A stretch of 64,000 bases of DNA. It comes from Anthoceros angustus. Taxonomy: Eukaryota; Plantae; Anthocerotophyta. The notes beneath the pieces were generated by a model, which ran no database searches, was not told where the DNA came from, and saw nothing but the letters and a program-made list of their open reading frames with translations. Below, piece by piece: positions 62,916 to 64,000 of this stretch (positions are counted from its first letter, which is position 1; the number at the start of each line of letters is the position of its first letter). The translations under genes and the position numbers were made by a program. The DNA lies in assembly GCA_010909165.1 (NCBI GenBank), contig MU008158.1:1141478-1205477 (forward strand), read 5' to 3'.

Positions 62916-64000
62916 CACTACTAGGAAAAGTATACTTTTACTAATTGCGCTTTACAACAGGGTGCATTTTACCACGACGCCCATTTTACTACGCCAATTG
63001 AAGGCACCGCTTCAAGTCCATGTATTATTTTCAAGTATAGCCTCAATTTACTAAACCTCATTCCAACTTTACTAGGCTTGTTTTGCCAAAGGCGCAATGA
63101 CGTGGCAAAAACAAAATGGATTTTACTACGGGCACTTACTTTACAACAGAGCTTATGGACGCTACAACGATGGCATGTTTGTTTACTACGGGCCATCAAT
63201 TTACTACAGACTTTCTCCATTACAACGGGTTCTTTTACAACATGCCAATGGTATTTTACAACATCCCATAGTTTACTACACACCTGTAGGGTTTTCAACA
63301 AGACCCTTTACGACTAGACACCGGTCGTTTACAACAGCACTAATTTAGAATGGGTTTTGATGATAACCCACATCTTTTTACCCTAAAAAGAAAAAAAGTA
63401 GAGGTAACCGGGGTGTACATCAGTTACGGCTTGGGCTAGGCCGACCCTAAACGAGAACAAGCGGGGACATGCTGAAAAATCCTCCATATGCATCCACATC
63501 CCTATGCATCCATATTTTCTTCAAAGACAACGCGTTTTCCACGTGCAGTGGTCCCGACAACCACTTTATTGTCATACAAAAAAGTTTGAATTAGTTTGGG
63601 TGACACAAGGGTAAAGGGATCATCTTGAACTCTGGTAGAAGGATAACAAGATCTAGGGTTCACTATGTGCATTCCAATTGTCCTTCTTCAATCCCTTGTG
63701 ATCATTTGCATCCTCATAAACTAGTTTGAACCACTTAACCTTTAAAAATTAGCTGTTGATGACAACCCAAAGTCAACCTTTAAAATTTTCTGCACTATTC
63801 CCACATATGGCCGAGGAGAAGTGTGGCCGAGGATTAGGGTTTGGGTCAAATTAACCTTGGCCTTCAAAATCGAGTTGAATATGTCGGATGAGGGTTAGGG
63901 TTTGGTTAAAGTAACCTTGGGCTTGGATTCGCATGGAATATGCTAGCTTGAGGTCTAGGGTTCGGGTAAAGTCCTATTATCACCGATATCCAAGGAAGAA
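62916..64000 (+). mobile_element. CACTA-like element, left end with subterminal repeat array; runs off the window
   Basis: CACTACTAGGAAAAG at 62916 followed by many TTTACAAC/TTTACTAC short repeats to ~63340. Its extent beyond ~63350 is inferred. Confidence 0.7.

Noticed and set aside
1-64000. tRNA or rRNA genes, and the many short ORFs antisense to identified genes
   Set aside because: No RNA genes were recognised (only tRNA-Met-complementary PBS sites). The antisense ORFs are shadows of real CDS or frameshifted TE fragments.

Overview
Eukaryotic nuclear DNA, most likely from a compact-genome, non-seed land plant. This is inferred from short GT-AG introns, a flagellar IFT122 gene, plastid NdhL and dirigent-like genes. 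The window has three zones. (1) 1-22.7 kb: nested Ty1/Copia elements. Element A (13413-19851, minus, GTATT TSD) sits inside the integrase of element B. The first ~13 kb is an indel-rich patchwork: a ~7.3-kb fold-back of the A/B locus plus inverted copies of segments at 26.7-28.8, 54.5-56.4 and 63.2 kb, joined at 3-12 bp microhomologies. It may be an amplification or assembly artefact. (2) 23-54.5 kb: a clean gene-dense block with 2 dirigent-like genes, JMJD7, a peptidoglycan-binding-domain membrane protein, EF-P, IFT122, NdhL, VPS32, a SENP8/NEDD8 protease, an intronless RAD23, 2 At3g06035-like GPI proteins and a PES1-like fragment. A solo LTR with AGT...ACT ends lies within this block. (3) 54.5-64 kb: a noisy TE nest with a GDSL fragment, CACTA ends, a CRE-type non-LTR element split by an unclassified TIR element with a 4-bp TSD, and a Copia remnant. 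The best novelty candidates are the apparently spliced antisense gene inside Copia A, the AGT...ACT LTR, the unclassified TIR element, the PG-binding membrane protein and the intronless RAD23. All family assignments come from manual motif recognition; no searches were run.
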